From: Oculina patagonica
Lineage: Eukaryota
Assembly (NCBI RefSeq): GCF_052425735.1
Contig: NC_135761.1
Location: 34,844,001 to 34,908,000, forward strand
Direction: 5' to 3'
Length of the DNA: 64,000 bases
Below the pieces are notes generated by a model. The model made no database searches, was not told the DNA's origin, and saw only the letters and a list, made by a program, of their open reading frames with translations. A program made the translations under genes and the position numbers. Shown piece by piece: positions 1 through 12,173 of the stretch (positions are counted from its first letter, which is position 1; each line of letters starts with the position of its first letter).

Positions 1-2
1 GT

Positions 3-734
3 AAACCAAAACCTACACCTTCTGAGCAGAAGTTTGAGTTTGGCAGTGAAAACCCTGTTGATCCAAAGCGATACCGTGAAGCAGTGGGTAGCTTGGTATA
101 TGCTATGACATGCACCAGACCAGACATATGCTGGGTTGTTACTAAACTGTCTCAGTTTCTAACTAATCCCACAAAGGAACACTGGGTAGCAGTGAAACAT
201 GTACTGCGGTACTTAAAGGGGACCCTTGACTTTGAACTGTGCTATAGGAAATGTGACAATGGTCTTACACTGATAGGCTATAGTGATGCTGATTGGGCAT
301 CATCTACAGATGACAGACGCAGCATCAGTGGGTACTGCTTCAGTTTGAATAAAGCTGGTCCACTTATCTCTTGGAAGTCGAGAAAGCAGCCAACAGTAGC
401 TCTTTCATCTTGTGAAGCTGAGTACATTGCCCTGGCAGCGGCAGTTCAGGAGGGCATGTATCTCATTCAGATAGTGAATGATGTTGGTGAGGTAAATGAT
501 CCTGTTTTGATCTTTGAGGATAATCAGGGGACAATTGCCTTGTCCATGAATCCAGTCAATCGACAGAGATCCAAACATATTGATGTGCGATACCATTTTA
601 TTCGCAATGTGCAGAATGCAGGCAAAGTAATCATTAAGTATTGTCCCACCGCCGATATGGTTGCTGATGTCATGACCAAACCAGTTACGAAGATTAAGTT
701 GCAAAAATTCAAGAGTTATATTTTTGGTTCTTAA
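3..734 (+). CDS. Ty1/copia pol C-terminus (end of RT plus RNase H), 5' end outside window
   Basis: Frame is open from base 3 (KPKPTPSEQ...YREAVGSLVYAMTCTRPDI). Copia motifs GYSDADWA, ISWKSRKQPTVALSSCEAEY, IFEDNQG, RSKHIDVRYHF and MVADVMTK. No stops. Confidence 0.95.
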   Translation, partial: KPKPTPSEQKFEFGSENPVDPKRYREAVGSLVYAMTCTRPDICWVVTKLSQFLTNPTKEHWVAVKHVLRYLKGTLDFELCYRKCDNGLTLIGYSDADWASSTDDRRSISGYCFSLNKAGPLISWKSRKQPTVALSSCEAEYIALAAAVQEGMYLIQIVNDVGEVNDPVLIFEDNQGTIALSMNPVNRQRSKHIDVRYHFIRNVQNAGKVIIKYCPTADMVADVMTKPVTKIKLQKFKSYIFGS

Positions 735-893
735 GACATTTGAGTTTTAATATAGAAGTAATGTACAAGAGTTCTATATTTTGTTATAGTTTTACTCATT
801 TGTCAACTGATAGTAAGCTATATGTTTATATTTTAGCAATATGACCGTGTTCATGTGATTTTAGAACACACATAGGAAGAGATCAAGTGGGGG

Positions 894-1014
894 TGTTAGG
901 ATGATCTCATTAATATGTATAAGATCTGACGTCAATAAAGTCCCGGATGTTGTTGTTCCTCGAAGTGAAAACATGGCGTGGCGTGTTTGATCTATTGATC
1001 CGAAAATCCGAACA
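894..1014 (+). mobile_element. 3' LTR of the copia element (~121 bp), preceded by a polypurine tract
   Basis: PPT-like AAGTGGGGG at 885-893 is directly followed by TGTTAGGAT (894). The end ATCCGAACA (1006-1014) is an 8/9 inverted match to the start. AATAAA lies inside. Confidence 0.75.
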
Positions 1015-1139
1015 ATCCTCCCCCCGTCATGAACGAAACAAATAATTGAAAATGCTGTGGATTATGGTATTGAAAGCAAAATTGTGTTTTACTTTCGATA
1101 TAACACGATTATCATTATATTTTTCTCTATTTCTATATA

Positions 1140-1916
1140 GGTACTGGGGAGTTTTTGCGGTGGCACCCTGAATTCATAGATTCTGAGGAAGAAGAAGTTG
1201 AAGTCAACTGCAACAAGGAAACAGGTGGCAGAAGAACACTGCACTGTTGTTCTAGAGGAATTTTTTTTATAGTCAGTGCTGGAGGCCATATAGAGTATTG
1301 GCAACCCTTATATCGGTAAATGCTATTGTGGTATTTTATACATGTTTATTGTAGAAAAGGGTATGCAATTATGTTGGAAGTCACCCTGGTTGGTTGGGTC
1401 ATACTTGATCTCTGCACATTTAAATGTTTTCCATGTATTTATTTCTGTTTGCAGGTCCGAATCTCCTACGCAAGCCTTTCTTGTTTGGTTATACAGGAAG
1501 CACAAGGCCCTCCAAGATGCAGGAAAATCCCCAACCGAAATAAAAAATTTTGGCCTATGACAACATGTGCCATGTGGATAGCCTGAAGATATCAAAGAAG
1601 GATCTCCCATTACCTAAACCATTTGACAAGTTATGGAGCACTGTTACCATAGTGATCAACAGGCTTCACCTTCGAAATCACAAAGATCCAAGATGTAAAC
1701 GCCTTTATGATGCAGCTGGAAAGATTCCATCTGAATTTAATACAATGTTCTGAATGGGCAAGTGGAATGAAAAAAATTGTCTGTGCTATGACAAGACTTC
1801 ACCAATTTTTCTTTGTCCATCGTTCTGTAAAACGACGAAACAAGTATACTGAAAGGAGGCATTTGAGAAATAAGAACCCAGTTTTACCCAAGTTGCCTCA
1901 AGTAGACAAAAAGTGA
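1140..1916 (+). pseudogene. Degenerate KDZ (Kyakuja-Dileera-Zisupton)-like transposase C-terminal fragment with an intron
   Basis: GHIEYWQPLYR|SESP is joined across GT..AG intron 1316-1454. AYDNMCH...INRLHLRNHKDPRC resembles the KDZ YDxxC / HxxxH..C motifs. Frameshifted. Confidence 0.55.
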
Positions 1917-2640
1917 TCATAGTGCACTTTTCATAATAAAGCAACTACCTTGATGTCATTTATTTGTGATTTTCTTGTAACCAAAATAATAATTAAATGC
2001 ATCAGCTGGAAGATTTAAATGTGTTTGTGATACCCTATATGTACTCAATGAGTTTAGGTGCCACGCATAAGTGTCTTTTCTGTCTCATACAATTAAGGCC
2101 AGCTTCTTGATAAATCTCTTTAGGTTTTTGAGAAAAAAAAAACAGGTTGCTGCGGCATTTTTTAATGGAGAAATGGAAAGCGAGTTGAGAGATCTAGGGA
2201 GCAAGATAAGATCGTGAGAAGGTAATGGTGGAAATCAACCAAATCAGAGCCAAGTCACTGTACGATCACCCATTTGATGTTAGGGTTTGGCTTATTTCTA
2301 GATGTACATATTAACACTATGAACTGGAGTTTTATGAAAATTCCATGAATTTCTTGTGGAAACCTCATGAAAACAGCCAAATGAAATTTCATGAAGTTTT
2401 TTGAAGCCATGAATTTTCTTTGAGTTACAGCGGGCTACATTTCATGACCCATGAATTTCTGTCAAAATACATTTGCATGAGCCATGAAAGCAGTCAAAAT
2501 TATAACCTATAGTTTTCATGGGTCATTAATTTTTCACGACACTCACCACAAATCAATTTCATGGCCTATGAATTGTAATCCTCGCCACGCAATGCATTGT
2601 AGGTAAATGTACCAAATTATCATACCTAAACAAGCAATAT

Positions 2641-3051
2641 TTTATTTTTATTTTTTTATTGCAAAACACACACAGAACGTTCTTACAAGGTGACATGTTC
2701 ACTATTAAACGAAAAATACCAAAATTACAGTCAGGAGTTGACATTAATACTCTTTATAAATTCTGACGCTGACTTATTTGAGCGTAAACAACGCTCATAA
2801 TGTACTCAAGATGTTTTGACCGAAAATCTGTATTTGTATTAGTCACTTGCGCGCGCATTCAAATGTGAAACCGTTAAAAAGCCGTTTTTTATGCCATGAT
2901 AACAACCGAAGAAGACCGAAGATTCTCGGTCGAAACGTCTTGAGTACATTATGAGCGTTGTTTACGCTCAAATAAGTCAGCGTCAGAATTTATAAAGAGT
3001 ATTAATGTTCACTACTAATTACTTACTACACAAGGCTTTAAACAAGCAATA
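2641..3051. mobile_element. Penelope-like fragment with an 83-bp inverted repeat and a hammerhead-like motif, nested in the CACTA element
   Basis: IR arms 2741-2823 and 2926-3008 have 2 mismatches. Flanking direct repeat TAAACAAGCAATAT at 2627-2640 and 3038-3051. Motif CCGAAGA-A-GACCGA/TCGGTC-GAAAC at 2906-2936. Confidence 0.6.
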
Positions 3052-3095
3052 TGGCGTTCAACCTGCGAGTCTACAGAAGCGAGCTCTGATAGTTT

Positions 3096-3330
3096 GTGAT
3101 GCCCTTTAGCCGTGCAGTTGCAGCCTGCAGTCATAAAAGTTGGAAAGTTAAGACTCTCAAATATTATACTTTCCCAAAAGAGGAACGTTTATGGAAAAAA
3201 TGGATAAGAGCACTGAGTTTAAGACGAAAGAATTACAGGTGGAAATCGAGCGACTGTATATGTAGTGTGCATTTTCGTGGAGGACACAAATATGGATCAA
3301 ACAATATAGCCTTCACATTTTTACAAGGAG
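3096..3330 (+). pseudogene. THAP DNA-binding domain fragment
   Basis: C...YYTFPKEERLWKKWIRAL...WKSSDCICSVHF matches the THAP C2CH signature (FP, W, CSxHF). Confidence 0.8.
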
Positions 3331-4399
3331 GAACCTTAAAAGTGGAAATGTTGTGTGGCCAGTGTATATTTCAAGTTTGCTGCAGGATAAATCAAATCCC
3401 ACTGGTGAGGACAAGAAAAAAATCAACCTTGACAGCGAGAATCATTTGCGGTAATAGTGCCACCTTTTCAGTAAATGCTGAGGATATTCCATTGAATGGC
3501 AAAACAGGTCTTGATAATGTAGTAGTACAGCAGGATCTAACAAGAATAACCAGACTGTGCCAAAAAAAGGCTGAGAATTTCCCACTGAAGAGCAAAACAG
3601 ATGATATCGAATCAATGGTGCAGCAGGGCTTAGATGCAAACGGAGACTGTTCATGCAAGCATGAAATCAGTAGACTACTGAACTCATTAAATTAAATGTC
3701 ATGAAAATCCTGGTGTTTAAATTCCTGGCGATTTGAATATCATTAAAAAGCCATGAAAATTTCACAGTGCACTCAATGAGTATTTAGTGGATTTTTCATG
3801 TGTATTTCATGGCCTTGAACACGGTTTGAAAGATTTCATGGGCCATGACACTGTAAAATTTCTCTAGATTTTCGTGACTATTTCATGGTAAATACCCCAT
3901 GAAAATACCCTTAATTTTTTACCATGAAAATCCTGTAAAAAAGGTTTCAAAATACCATTTCCTGCCGAAGAAATACTTAGATTTTGATGGGTTTTGAGTT
4001 CATAGTGTAAGTCAGTATCTGATCATTTTTAAAAGGCTGATCAGGGATTGTATTCATATTATTGTAATTTAAATTATGTATTAATGCAGGTTCCAGAAAA
4101 AAGTAGTAGTTTATGCTTAAGAGAGAACCATTAAAGCTAACTTATAAAAAAATGGAATTACTTTGATTTAAACAGTCGTGACTGTTTTACACAACCTGTA
4201 ACAAGCATTTGTCAATAGTAACTTGTTGTGGATGTATTTTCTATGTTTTAAAGGTTATGAGAGGCCTTGGGTAGTAAATGGGCAATGAAAATCGACATTT
4301 TCTCATTATATTATGAAGAGGAAGGTAGTTATACAATGTTAGTGATAAATTATCAGTACTATAATTTGGGAGCGAAATTGCTGCCGACTATATGCCTAA

Positions 4400-4830
4400 T
4401 GGCAAAACAATTTCTTAACTGTACACATCCTCTGCCTCAAACAGAGTATATTTCCGTTTTGGAAAAGGAAAAAGGAAACTGTTGCAAAAATGTAAAATGT
4501 CGTAAATAAGGTAATAAATAAACAACAATCTAGTATTCAAATGTTTTTCGTGCCAAATTTAATCCTTATTTTATCATTTTACCAAAGGATGTTGTTGAAG
4601 CGGGAGATCTCGAACCGTTTAAAATTTAGACTTAAATCATTTTTAAAACTTTAATCTTTTAAAAACCTTTCCTTAATGTTTTATATGATTAGCGTTGTAA
4701 TTTTTTATTCTTTTTTGTATATTTCTTGCTTTTTTCAGGGATGTTTTATCAAAAGGGATAACCTTGGAACTCTCCCCTTTCTAAATTTATGTATATTTGA
4801 ATACAAAATTTGGAATAAACATGTATGTTT
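4400..4830 (+). mobile_element. 5'-truncated LINE 3' end
   Basis: Degenerate DVVEAGDLEPFK..RL RT C-terminal-like text, then a T-rich 3' UTR ending AATAAACATGTATG. Confidence 0.45.
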
Positions 4831-6328
4831 GTTATTTCCAATTGTGATTAATTTTGTTAAACTGCTTATTTTGTTCTCTCCTTTCTTCACATTTTTCAGA
4901 GTGACAAATGTACAGGAAGTGTTAAATCTTGTTGAAAGGGCAGGAAGGGTCCAGCAAGATCAAATAGCACTGAGGTATATGACAACAAATAAACCTCCTG
5001 TACAAAGGCATTACAAGAAAGATTAAGGCATTTCTTTAAATGTCACATAATGAGAATAGAAAAAACCCTTTACGTTAAGAGGTGCCAAAAAAAAAAAAAA
5101 AAATTCCGTAAGCTTTCCAAGTAAATGAGATAAAACTGGTGTGCAAAACCATGGTAATACAAAATCGACTTTACTGTGAGGATAACTTAAGTCAGTTTGA
5201 CATTCTTAGGACCACTGGAAAACCAAAGAAGGAAACTAAAAGTGCTGATCCAGCAGTAGAATAGAAATGTTAGCTAAGACATCCAGACCACAGATGCTGT
5301 TTAACAGCAGCTTGCAGCCAAGGTCACACTGGCGTGCAGTGGCTGTTTGCGACCAAATCAACAATGCTAGTAGAATGGTTTGCCCGAAGAGGACTAGAAA
5401 GTGTGTTTGGGGACATGAATACCCTATTCGCCACAATGTTCTAAGGCTGGGTTTTGGCAGGCGAACTATAGCACAAAAGAATTTTAATGGCAGAGAGCTG
5501 TGAGGACCTCTGACAGTCGTTGGCTTATAAAGGGATATTGCAGTCAATGCTCCACCATTGTTATTTTTAGAGCAAGTAACAGGCACAGTTTCTGAGCCGC
5601 CAGACCCAAACATGCCAGAAACAAGCAAAGCCAGACATGATTCTACAATTCTAAAGGGCACATGATTATTTCCCATTCTCTGATTTCAAAAAACCTGGTT
5701 CCCTTTTTCCAAGATATTTTGCTACTAATTAGATAAAGGCATACAACAAACCAAATGGTATTTCTGACAGTGTGGCTTCGCATCTACTTCAAATTAGTAG
5801 AATGATTACAACTGGTGAAAAATAACCGTCATAATGGGTTGTCTCACTGCAACCTTTTCAGCTCAAATATGGATCAACAGAAAAAAGCTGATGTCTTAAA
5901 AGGAACAATGCCGAACAAGCCTGCTGCGAAGCGGACTAGAGATGTGAGAAGAAATGTAAGAAAACCTCTGGACTATTTGTCCGAAAATGTGCTACCTGTT
6001 GCTGTAGGGATTGTTAATTTGACAAGCGACCTCGTAGCAGTCCAGGGTACAAGGTAAATGTCTGCCTGTTATAATGTTATCTTTTTAACTCTGCTTCTTG
6101 TATCTTTGGCGATAAAAAGAAGTTGATCTTAGATCGTGTGTGGATGGTTTTCTAAGTAACAAAGTACACCTTTTGTCGTAAAACATGTCATTGCTTAATC
6201 AAATAAATATTGAAATAATTAGAAAAATGTTAGCTTATGCTTGTAACAATGAAGATAAGAATTATCTGGAGAATTTTGGGCGTACATTTGGGTTGAAACA
6301 TCCTGTGACGTACAGGAATGTGTGACAA

Positions 6329-6667
6329 TGTTCCGCAAATAGTGGGAGTGGGTTTAATTACAAAGGGTTAATTGGATTAGTCTAGGTAAACACGCAAGTC
6401 AAGTCATGCAACAGGAAAAATACAAATAAGTATTGTGAATCTTACATTTACGTAGTTAAGGTGTGTATTTCCGTTGTAATAGCAAATAAATAGAATCAAA
6501 CATCTTGTAATTAAGTAGATAGAACGATAGAATTGAATGTAGAACGTGTGCATCGTAAATAAATGCAAAATTCACGAAGGATACAGTCCTATTGATTGTC
6601 GTACCGGCGCAACACAGAGATTTTCCTTAATGAAGTGGAGAATTCTGCAAAACCTGGTCCTTCGAGG
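6329..6667 (+). mobile_element. BEL/Pao 5' LTR (left boundary approximate) plus primer-binding site
   Basis: TGGTCCTTCGAG at 6655-6666 is a typical BEL PBS immediately upstream of gag. TGTTCCGCA at 6329 loosely mirrors the end TGCAAAACC. Confidence 0.55.
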
Positions 6668-6687
6668 GCCAGATCAAAAGAAAGAGA

Positions 6688-7779
6688 ATGGCAGAAGTTT
6701 TGAAAAAAAAAAGGAAGGTTAGAGGAGGACATTGCGGCCATGTGACGAAACTGCTGGACACCGCACAGAGAATCCTTGAAGACTACGATAGAACAAGAAA
6801 GGACAGCCTCATGCAGACGAAAATTGCATTGACAGAAAAAATGGAAACGCTGAGGCACCTAGACGATACAATACTGGATCTGGTTAGTGCCGAAAAAGAT
6901 GGAGAAGCAACCATTGCTGCCGAGATTGATGAATTAGAGGAAATCAAGGCCGACATACGAGTAGTGGTCCTTGCGATCGAAGAAAAGTTAAGAGAAAACC
7001 TAGCCAATACAGCACCGCCGACAAGCCAAACCGTGCCAAGTCCACCACTGAAGACTGAAAAAGCAAAGGCACGACCGCCCAAATTAGAGGTGAAGAAGTT
7101 TACCGGGAGATTTCATGAGTGGCAAGAGTTCTGGGACTCATACTGAAGTGCAATTCACTCGAATGACTCTTTGAGTGATGTAGACAAGTTCTCCTTTTTT
7201 CGAGGATTGGTCGAGGGACCTGCCAAAGCGTGCATCGCTGGTTTTGCCCTAACCGAGGCAAATTACAACGCCCCCATCAAACTGTTGGAAAGAAGGTTTG
7301 GAAAAAAGATCGCAATCGAAAGAGCCCACATTAGCGAATTGTTGAACGTACAGCCAGTGTACGGAGACAGAGAACCGCGGCGATTACGAACTCATATCGG
7401 AATTGATGAAAGGATGTATTCGGGCATTGTTGTACCGTGAATACTTGGAAAGCTCCCAGACACCCTTAGACTGACCATCACCAGAGGAGAGGAGTACCTT
7501 GAATGGTCTCTGGGAAACTTGCTGGGCGCACTGTTGAAAGAAGTGGAGCTGAAGGAGGACTACAGCCTCACACCACAAGTAAACCTTCCCCCAGAGGGAA
7601 ACAGGCGAAAAGGTCTACCGCCAACGAGCTCGTTTTTCACAAACAATCAAAAGAAGAGGTCAGAAGGTCGATGTGCGTTTTGTCTGGTAAACCACCCCCA
7701 TAAGGAATGCAAAGGAATCACGAACATTGAGGTACGTAAGCTGTTAGTTCGTAGATACGGTAGATGTTTTATGTTCTAA
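6688..7779 (+). pseudogene. BEL/Pao gag (DUF1759-like domain and zinc knuckle), disrupted and 3'-truncated
   Basis: KLEVKKFTG..EWQEFWDSY*SAIH..LSDVDKFSFFRGLVEGPAK..I.GF.LTEANY..AIKLL.RRFG and CAFCLVNHPHKEC. Contains stops and frameshifts, and no pol follows. Confidence 0.9.
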
Positions 7780-8581
7780 TTTGCCACAACCCGCTGCAAA
7801 CTAAATGATTCCTAGGGATCTGATTGCACCTCATCGTGCATCAAAGGAAACAGATTGACAGTTTTCTCACCTTTTGGCCAATGTGATTCACTTTCCTCAG
7901 GCAAAGCAGAAATGAAAATTTACAGAGATCAAAGCAGGTTCACTTTACTGGTGCCTCTCCACCAGTCCTCTGCCCGCCTTATCTCTTCCCTTGCTTAGTT
8001 TATGTTTAGTTTAACAATCGTGTTTAATAAAATACATCCAAAACAGTGGTAGAAATCAAAACTTACAGAAGAGTTTGTGAGCAAATAGAAACCCTCATGT
8101 TACTTGAAAAGTGAGGAGACGAGAATATCCAGCTTAAGATCAAACTATGCACAAGAAAAAAGCCTATATTGACAAAGTGGACAAGCTTCTGTCGGACAAG
8201 CCCTGTATCAAACCAAAGGTTATCATAAAATCCACAACAACATTTTAAATCATGTATTTTATGTGAATAGTGTAAAACAATGAAAATCTGAAATCTGAAC
8301 GTTGAACTGAATGTAAACACCCTTAGCAGCAGCAAAGAAAAGTCAGAAAACCTTGACAGACTTCTCAATTGTGCGACTGTGGTGACAAGTAAGAGTTAAA
8401 TAATGCTCTCCAATTGGAGGGCCAGACAAAGAAGTTGTTTCCAACAGCAACATCTCTTTTTGGCAAAACTTCTTTATATTAGAGCACCAGCAATCTGTTA
8501 TTTACACGTAGACTTTCTTGCCATGTTGTGAGTAAATATAGATTTGTCAATTTTTCTGTTCTGTTCCTTTATTATTTCACC

Positions 8582-8775
8582 ATGCGCTCAGTTGAGGAGG
8601 CAATCAGGTATAGCTTATGGAAAGCAAATTACAATGATGCCCGAGAACAACAGCAGAAAGTTATTCATGCTTACTGCAGTGGAAAAGATGTGTTTGTGTT
8701 TCAGCACCTATGGGATTGGGAAGGAGCCTGACATTGGAAGTAGCTCCATACGCTTTAAATTATTTACAGCATCGT
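8582..8775 (+). pseudogene. RecQ-like SF2 helicase N-terminal fragment (TE-borne, AcademH-like)
   Basis: AREQQQKVIHAYCSGKDVFVF then, after a frameshift, APMGLGRSL: a degenerate Q-motif and motif I. Confidence 0.6.
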
Positions 8776-9462
8776 GAAAGAGAAGAGGTCTCTTGTCCCT
8801 ATGCATTTCTGTTACACTGGGACAAAAACATGGGAATGAAGGCCAGTGAATTACAAAAAAGATCAATAAATAAGTAGTTAAACAAGAGAATTTTCATTGC
8901 TTCCCAACATGGTGTTACCATAGAAACTCCAGTACCCTGAAAAGTTAAATTAGCTGTTATTATAAGCTTAACAGCAAGTAGTAAGTCAGATCAAAAAGAA
9001 TATGAGCATTTTGTTTAAGTATATAACACTGAAAAAGTACTTGTTTTATTGCACATGTACAAGAATGGTATCCATATTTATTAAGTAAATTATTTATGCA
9101 GGTGCCCCACTGAAAACCACTTTTAGAATTAATTTTATTAATTAATTTTAAGTAATTATTGTTATTATTATTACTATTTTTAAATATTTTGCTGCTTCAT
9201 AGTCCCAAAAACAAATAAAACAGTAAAAGCTAAAAAGGCAGGTCATCCAAGGTCAATTCCACTCATGACAATGAATCCCCAGTGTGTGAACAAATCCAAA
9301 AAAGAGTGGAAAAAAAATCAGATGAAACATTTTGCAAAAGATTGACTGATTCTGACTTTGTAAACATTACTTCATGTTGACAGTAACATGAAAGAGCACT
9401 GCTCAGCTCTCATCAAAGGATGAGGAGGGACTGCATGCTGTCCATTTTGTGTATCACATGGT

Positions 9463-10152
9463 ATGCATCTGGGAAGGCAGCTCATGGAGAATAACTTGCC
9501 CATAATTCAGATAGATGCTCAACATAACAACCACCAAGCAAGAAGTTTAAGTGCAGAAGACATGGGAGGCTTAGAACCTAGAATTTACCTGTCAAAAAAT
9601 GCTAGAGTTATTCTTACATGCAATCTGTGGACTGAAGTACCGGTAGGTCTTTGTCATGGTGCAGTAGGAACAGTCCTTGATGTAATCTGTGCTGATAAAT
9701 GTAAACCACCAACTTTGCCAATTGCAATCATTGTTCAATTTGATGAAAAGGATTATTCAGGGCCACGTTTTTGTACTGACATTCCAAATTGTGTTCTTTT
9801 GTATCCAGTGACAAATTGCTCTGATACTCTTGGACAAAAATTGGAAAGACAGCAATACCCTCTCAAGCTTACATGGTCAATAACCATTCATAAAGCACAA
9901 GGTCTGACACTAAATGATGTGTGGATAGATTTAGGCCCTTCTGAAAGAGCAACAGGACTTACATATGTTGCATTAACCAGAGCTCATAACATTTCTAATC
10001 TTGTCATAGAACTGATGACTTTTGATAAACTGAAATCCCTCAAGAAAACTTCAAATTATAAATTCAGGGTGTTAGAGGAAGCAAGATTAGATAGTTTGAG
10101 CAAAAACACAGTAGCAGCCATGAAAACCAACAAGTTAAAATTCTCTCATTAA
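9463..10152 (+). pseudogene. Pif1-family helicase C-terminal part of a Helitron RepHel
   Basis: GGLEP...ARVILTCNLW...GLCHGAVGTV...ERQQYPLKLTWSITIHKAQGLTL...GLTYVALTRA. The N-terminal part is missing. Confidence 0.85.
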
Positions 10153-10463
10153 CAAATGGAGCTCTCCCCTCCTTCAAAGAGGATGAAGTATGGAGTGTCT
10201 TCCTCCCCATTATCCCCTGCATTGCCGTCTAAAACAGGTGAGTAGCATCAGGTAGAAAAACTAGACAACATATTTTGTATGCAGGTGATGTGAAAAATTC
10301 CTGGCATCCATAATGGATTGTTATAGCAACTGTTGACACAACACAATTTACGAGCAGTTCACAATGAAAATTTTCAATCAACTCCCCAAATCTATTTTCT
10401 AAAACCTAAGCATGTTTTCATGTTCTCCATTGACATTTTAACGCATCTTTTCTTATCTCAACA

Positions 10464-11070
10464 GTGCTCATTGGCTACATACAACATGTTACAAAAGACC
10501 AGCAAAGTAAAGCAAGTTCTAACCTCTATTATGATGCAACTGTTCAAATTTCAAGTGATGGCTTCAAGGTGGTTCGGGTGATGCACCAAAAAGGGGAAGG
10601 ATGCAAACGTCAACTATTTCTTGTCAGGATGCATAACCAACAGCCTGTCAAGCTATGGAACCTTCAGTCCGCATCCTCCGGGACAATATTCTTCAAGAAA
10701 GGCGCATTAATTGAAAACATCCCTTCCCACAACGTCAATTTCAGATTCTCTCCAAAACAAGCATGTGAGGTGACAAAGATTGATACACTAATCAAATACA
10801 ACTCTGGAACATTTAATGTGTCTGGACACATTACATGGAAGGGACAAGCACAGCACCCAAAAGAAGGGTCCACCAAACTGGTATGAGATGCAGTACTTAC
10901 AGACAGCACTGGTTCCCTTCCACTGTCTGTCTGGGAGGACCAAATCAATGCCATGCAGGATGGACAATGTTTACAGTCTTACCCAATTTATATTGCGACA
11001 CTTTCATGGCAAGTGTTTAACCACAACCAAATCTACAACTGTGACGGAAGCCCAAGCCCAAGCCCTGAGT
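10464..11070 (+). pseudogene. RPA-like OB-fold ssDNA-binding protein (Helitron accessory), disrupted
   Basis: LIGYIQHV...YYDATVQ...; FNVSGHITW...LV*DAVLTDSTGSLPLSVWEDQI gives an OB-fold pattern. It lies directly downstream of the Pif1 helicase. Confidence 0.6.
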
Positions 11071-11072
11071 CA

Positions 11073-11526
11073 ATCAGATTTTCTACTCCTAGATACAACA
11101 CTGGACATTACTTATGGAAAGCACTCTTTGCGTTATGTAGGACCCAAACTATGGGGCAAACTTTCTACGGCTGACAGATCAGCCAAGACACTGCAGGCTT
11201 TTACAAACCGTATTCGCAAAAGGGATATAACTCGCTTAATGGACAACAGCTGTAAGGGATGCATCCTATGCTACACATAGTGCCTCTCAAGTCAAGTCAT
11301 TATTATTATTATTATTTTATTTTTTTTAACAATTATAAGATTTAAACATTTTTCTATATCATAGATTATAATAACATTTTTATATGACATATATATTTTT
11401 ATTGTATTTATATTTAGTATTAGTGTAGCTTTTAGTTTTTAGCAGTGTCCCCTAATTAGTACAGTATTATTTTCCAGGCTATAAGGTTTTGACACTTAAA
11501 TAAAGTTTCTTATCTTATCTTATCTT
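11073..11526 (+). mobile_element. 5'-truncated CR1/L2-type LINE inserted into the Helitron
   Basis: TYGKHSLRYVGPKLWGKL...LQAFTNRIRK is an RT C-terminal motif. The 3' UTR ends AATAAAG then (TTATC)n. Confidence 0.75.
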
Positions 11527-12140
11527 TATTGCAGAAAATTGTGACTGCATTTTCATGTCATACAATTAACAATGTTAATTATAAAGTTACAGTTCAGTGT
11601 TTTAACACGATGAAGGATATTGTTCCCCCCCCCCCCAAAAAAAAATGAGAGTTTTATGTACATTATTATAAAATTTAAAATGTTTCAGTTAATTAAGTAT
11701 CATCTTTTCCATCAATTTAACTAAAGTTATTCAAACAAAATGTAACATTACCCGGTATTTTATAAACCCTGCATATATTTCTATCATTTTGTTGCCATGC
11801 AACAACAGATTATATAGCAATTAAGTATGAAAGTTAAAGTTAGAATGTTTTTTCAATGTTTTATGAAACATTTCATCAGTTCCTCAAAAAACCAATATAA
11901 ATATAGTTTCCTTTCATGTTTAAAGAATTGTTACAGTTAAGTTATCTTACAATAAAATTGAAATATCTTCAACTTCTCACCAGGCTTCTCAGTGCCCACT
12001 GCCTCACTCTGTACCCAACAACGATAGCAGCTCAACCTCGTGACACTAAACCGCAAGCTACAGTTTTGCGCATATTCACAACCCTAAAAGATAAACACAA
12101 ACAAGTTTTCATTTTATTCTAATCAGATAAGATCAAAAGA

Positions 12141-12173
12141 CCGGGGGCACTTTTAGTGTCAACTACCCCTAGT
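12141..12173 (+). mobile_element. Helitron 3' terminus (hairpin plus CTAG/T)
   Basis: GGCAC-TTTTA-GTGTC hairpin at 12146-12160, then CTAG at 12169-12172 followed by T, downstream of the Pif1 and RPA fragments. Confidence 0.6.

Larger units (their letters stand above)
2315..4007 (+). mobile_element. Non-autonomous DNA transposon with CACTA...TAGTG termini, 3-bp TSD (TAA) and THAP cargo
   Basis: TIR CACTATGAACT (2315-2325) / AGTTCATAGTG (3997-4007). TAA lies on both flanks (2312-2314, 4008-4010). Both subterminal regions are packed with CATGAAA/TTTCATG motifs. Confidence 0.8.

Noticed and set aside
5236-6057. 146-aa minus-strand ORF and overlapping + ORFs
   Set aside because: I recognise no domain in any frame, so it is left unassigned and excluded from the strand tally.
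9463-10152. Host PIF1 gene
   Set aside because: It is intronless, N-terminally truncated and followed by an RPA-like gene and a Helitron-type terminus.
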